DNA of 64,000 nt. It comes from Gonapodya sp. JEL0774 (taxonomy: Eukaryota). This document shows, piece after piece, positions 59,529 through 64,000 of this stretch (the first letter of the stretch is position 1; each line of letters starts with the position of its first letter). Location: the NCBI GenBank assembly GCA_027604505.1, contig JADIIX010000090.1, forward strand, positions 1 through 64,000, written 5' to 3'. The notes beneath the pieces were generated by a model, which worked only from the letters and a program-made list of their open reading frames with translations, was not told where the DNA came from and made no database searches. Made by a program: the position numbers and the translations under genes.

Positions 59529-61984
59529 CTACTCTGCATGAAACTTGGCTACAAAATCATAGCTCTTCTGTCCCCACCCTATCTCCCGTTCCATACCAAC
59601 AATCCAGTCCCCACCTTCCGAGATGATAGTTTCTACCAGGTATTCCCTTAAAGTCCGTTCTTTGTTGGGCTTTTCGTCGAAAGAGATCATCTTCCAAGGG
59701 TCCAGAACACCAGGACTCGGCATCGGTATAAGGACAAGCTTTTTCTTTGGCGGAAGTCGAGAGGAACTTTCGTAATCGCGGAGTAGAAATCGGTAGCGGC
59801 GTCCGATTTGCAGGACACCATCCAGTGGTTCGACAAGCATCAGACCGGAATCTCCCAAAGATTGTGGAAACGGTACTTGCTGGCGATCTGACACTTGTCG
59901 AACTAGGAAGGATCCAGCCATGGTGCCTTGAGGGAATTCCGCTCCCGCAGACGTTTTTATAAACCAATTCACCACAGCTTCGCCCCGCCCCGGCAGTCTG
60001 TCAAATTTTACGATCTCATGAGGTCGTTTTCTTCATCCACAAATCAAACATCGCACAAGTCAATTCACCTGAATAATAGTGTTACCATCCAATCACGATC
60101 GCTCTCCAGAACCTCATACAGAACAAAAATACCATTCTCATGGACCCGGCCACTCCCTTCAATCGGATTTCCGGTGCGACGGTCCCTTTGCACTGGGTAC
60201 GTCATGGAACCCCTGACATGAGGTGTGGATGAAGTCCGTACCCGCAATTTCACGAAACCGTCCCCATTCTCCGGAATTTCTATCAAAGATCCAGAAATTA
60301 TTTTGTGACCAGCAGAAACGACGGTTTTATGTCGAAAAAAGGCAGGTTTCACCGTTGGCAAATCAAGGAACTCGTCTGTGATCACGGAATGTATAATTTG
60401 TTGGAAGTGCACAAACGATAATCTCCACACAAACCTTCACTCAACTCCGGAAAAATATATTGTTGTTTAGAAGACGCTGGGAAATGTGTGTAAATCGTGC
60501 GCCGTGGATCCTGCAACCAATATTAACAGTGTTGAAGGCAAAACTCGACAACTGTGTTTCAACTCACCATCAAAAAGTAATGAGGTTCAAAACGCTTCTC
60601 AAAAACATACCCTGATTGTGATGGGCCTGCATAGCCGGATCCCCATGTCGCCTCCACAAAATAAGGCCTCCCATTTAACCATGCCACAATCCAGGCATGA
60701 TTGGTTGGTTGACCTTGCGAGTCCCTCTCAATCGAAACCTGACCTGGACTGAAGCCCACTCCTTTGGCATATCCGACCACCTGTTCGAGTACCGATACTG
60801 TTCAGTTCGCGAGGTGGTATTTGGCATATCACCCACCTTTTGAACAACATCCTTCCCCAGTCCAGCGGCGCGGCAGATACTAACAAACAGGTTCGCATAT
60901 CCCTCACACACAGCAGATTTGCTGTTGAGAACCGCATCCGCACTTTGAGGGGCCCTCGCTGCCGGATTTGTGAGAATATTGATATCGTAAGAGATGTTGT
61001 CGGTGATCCAAAAGAATACAGCTCGAAGGAGCGGGACTATCGAAGCGGCTGGTTCCGGCAGAGAAGATACGATTTGCGGTGATTTCCGAACGTGTTCCGT
61101 AAGATACGTTGCCATCGTCGTAATGGAGCTGGCAAATTTGGGTGGAATTGATCGCGCAATGTCATCAACCTCCATAAAGTCGAAGGCTAGTCATTGATAA
61201 TGAGACAAAAAAAAACTGAGCATTTTTAAATGCAAACGAAAAGCACGCTTGAGCAATACGAACATTCAAAGTCGACATCACCAAGTCCTGGTTCAAATGG
61301 CTCTTCGCACACCTCCGCCGTCCTCACTTTCTCAACAGCTGGCAGGATGCTCACAATGTCTTCCAGCACGTTGCGGGTCGGCAACGAAGGTGCTGGAAGA
61401 TGCTTCGAAGGTAACGAGGGCACTGGCACAGCTGGGACGGACACAGTTCTTGATGGGAGTGCAGGCACAGGAAGGTGGTGTGATGCAGATTTGGAACCAT
61501 GTAATCCATTGCGATTGGGGAGGGATGGTGCGGATGAGGCTACCCTTTCGGAAATCTTTGGATCCCGGTCCGGTAGTGGCGACGACCCACTATCTGGAGG
61601 TCGTGTTGGCGGTGGAGGCCGTCCAGGCTTTCCCGCCTCGTGGTGGCTGCCCAAACGTCTGTGCGTGGGCAATCGTGATGCAGGTTCCTCGTGATCGAGA
61701 AGCTCAACGCTTTCTCTTCTGAATGAACCGAACCGAGGTTGCACTCCCTCCACAAAACCACACCACACATCTGATGATTCTAATGTTTGAAAAGATACTC
61801 AGGGAAGAGCACCATGTGCGCTTTTCCGGTCTGAATCGAAACATCGTCACTTACCGACTCCACGAATTTCAATAAGCGATCCGATTTCCGCGAGATCACA
61901 TTTCGATACCACGCGAGCCCTTCCCAGAGCTGGCCATATGTGAGTGGCAATGAGGAGTTCGACTTCGTGGGGTAAGGTCGTCAT
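59529..61984 (-). CDS. Transglutaminase-like (KY/Cyk3-family) protein with degenerate SH3-like N-terminus and Pro-rich linker, spliced
   Basis: RAVFFWITDNISYD, AVCEGYANLF, HAWIVAWLNGRPYFVEATWGSG and FEPHYFL. The SH3-like call is weak. Confidence 0.8.
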
Positions 61985-62275
61985 AGTAAACTGGAATTTG
62001 TCCCACTACCGAGGCCGATCTGGACCTCCACCTATATCTATAAAGAATTGTACAGGGCAGGGGACTTTCTGGGTAGAACGCTAGAATCTATCTTTATCTA
62101 CGTAGATCTGATAGAGAGCCGTCTAGATTCTATCAAAAGACAAACCCTTCCACTCCAACAGAGAATTATAATCACGAGTAAAAAAAAGTATATATTAATG
62201 CCGCATACCGACAATAATTGACAAAGAACTAATGGAATAAAGTAAAAGTAGTATGTGAGTGTTGCCCAGTCCCGG

Positions 62276-64000
62276 TTATTGCACTGTCCACTTGGCGATG
62301 AATTGTACTTGGATCTGGTTGTTGATCTTTTTCTGATATCCCACCAACCAATCTCCTTGTTTTGAAAGAGTGACTGATTGTGCAACGTACTCGCGGAAAC
62401 CACGAGCAATGTCCTGGATTGCCTGAAACTCCACGGCATTCGCCATATTGACACCACCGCTCGCCGGTGGCACGAGCACCAACTTCCGTAGTGGTGGGGG
62501 GTTGTTTGGCATGTGGAATTCACGGAAGAGAAAACGCTTCGTCGCTCCTCGGGGAAGGATTCCATCGATAGGTTCGACCACATCGATTTCAATTCCGTCT
62601 TTGTTGGAAAAAATGCTAACAAAGGGTAAGGACCCGCGATTACTTCGTTGGCGCACGAGGAAACCGCCAGCTAATGGTCCAACAACAACATGAGGGTTCA
62701 ATAAAACAAACGAAGCCTTAATACCCATCCTACCATGTGTTCCTGAAGGATAGCCAAGCCACGTTGGTTTCTTATTGTTCGTCATTCCGTCGTCGATAAT
62801 GAACCAGTTCACAGAGGCTTCACCTGGCCCCGGTAGCCTTGAACGAGTTACACTTAGGTTAGCATCGTCCGTCCATCCCCATGTCGAGCGCATCACTGTA
62901 AAGACTCACCTGAACAACAAAGTGACCATCCAAACACGATCTTCACCGGGTGCGTTCCCCAACCCTTCGTATCGTGCGAATACTCCATCGAAGCTGACTT
63001 GCCCACTATGATGATTTGGATTGCCCGCGCTCGTTCTAGAAAGTGGGTAGCGAAGGGAGCCTTTCACCTGCGGTTTACCCTCGTCTGGTTGTGTTGTTAG
63101 GTACTATCGACTCGTTCAATGAACAGGCGTATTAATCGAAAGTTTGGACATGACAAGAAAGCTCACCAGCGATACCGAGCCGTCCCCTCCTTCAGGAATT
63201 TCAACAACAGAGCCGGAAAGAAGGTCCCTCCCATCGTAGAGAATGGTGGAGTACTCGAAAAAGGTGGGCTTGGTCATCGGGAGATGCAAAAAATCGTCTG
63301 ATTGCGACATCCAATGTCGGTGAGATCCATGCAACCACGAAGATTTGGCGAGTGCTTCGACTTGCCTTCCGTCATTTGAGGCGACAAGTATTGGTCGGTG
63401 AGCTCGGAAGGGTAGTGAGAATATATAGCTTCTCGAGGATCCTAAATTGTCAGTGAGTAGTCAGTGAGTACTCACTATCGATGAAACAGCGACTTTTCTT
63501 AGCTAGTCTTCTGACTCACCATCAAGAAGTAAAAAGGTTGAAAGCCACTATTTGTCGCGGGGTAGTACGGAGTCCGTTAGCAGTCTGACCCCTCCAAAAC
63601 ACGAACCACGTCTGTACACCCACGGCTCGAATTGATATCCATTTGGACCCACTCCAACTGAGCCCGCTCCCCATGTCGAATCCATAATATAGGGTCGCCC
63701 GTTAAGAAAAACGCAGTTCCACGCGTGCCCGGTTGGCTTCCCGTTCCGGTTTCTTTGCAGCACCTCATGCCCAGGCGCAAACGTAACATCCTTTGCTGCT
63801 CCAATCTTTTTTTCAACCGTATCCTCGCCCAGGCCAGCCGCGGCGCAGAGTGCCATAAAAAGGTTCGCGTATCCTTCACACACACCGACCCGGGTGCGCA
63901 AAACTTGGTCGGGTGTCTGCGGTGGAAGATTGGCACGCTGAGTATACCAGCGCACGTCGTAGCGAATGTTGGCGGAGATCCAGGTGAAAACCGCACGCAG
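62276..64000 (-). CDS. Second transglutaminase-like (KY/Cyk3-family) paralog, 5' end outside the window
   Basis: RAVFTWISANIRYD, GVCEGYANLF and GHAWNCVFLNGRPYIMDSTWGAG (Cys-His-Asp intact). The C-terminus is colinear with the adjacent copy. Confidence 0.85.

Overview
Eukaryotic, intron-dense fungal DNA. The gene content and intron style suggest an early-diverging (chytrid/monoblepharid-like) fungus; this is inference. Positions 1-7.9 kb are a CpG-depleted nest of decayed transposons. It holds a complete-ended 4.1 kb IS630/Tc1-mariner element (27-bp TIRs, TA duplication, a matching empty site inside the window) that also carries a second small spliced gene. It also holds a Ty3/Gypsy integrase-chromodomain relic and an 877-bp PIF/Harbinger derivative with a TTA duplication. 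Positions 7.9-64 kb are compact gene space: ArfGAP, AP-3 mu, APC11, AP-1 mu, ATG12, two C2H2 proteins, tRNA-Ala(CGC), a LAGLIDADG NUMT-like scrap, PRM10/ThrE, an MBP1/SWI4-like APSES-ankyrin factor, THOC7, BUD13, an IQ+BAG protein, an MscS-like channel, WBP11, a JmjC protein and two tandem transglutaminase-like genes. The best candidate for a new system is at 39.6-55 kb. A catalytically intact stand-alone type I PKS ketosynthase (no AT, ACP or reductive domains) lies head-to-head with a 4CL-like acyl-CoA ligase in a sharply distinct G/C-homopolymer island. It is followed by a PhzF-family isomerase, a small acidic repeat protein, an SDR and a hydratase-less MFE-2/FOX2-like double dehydrogenase. 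All exon boundaries were read by eye and no database searches were run.
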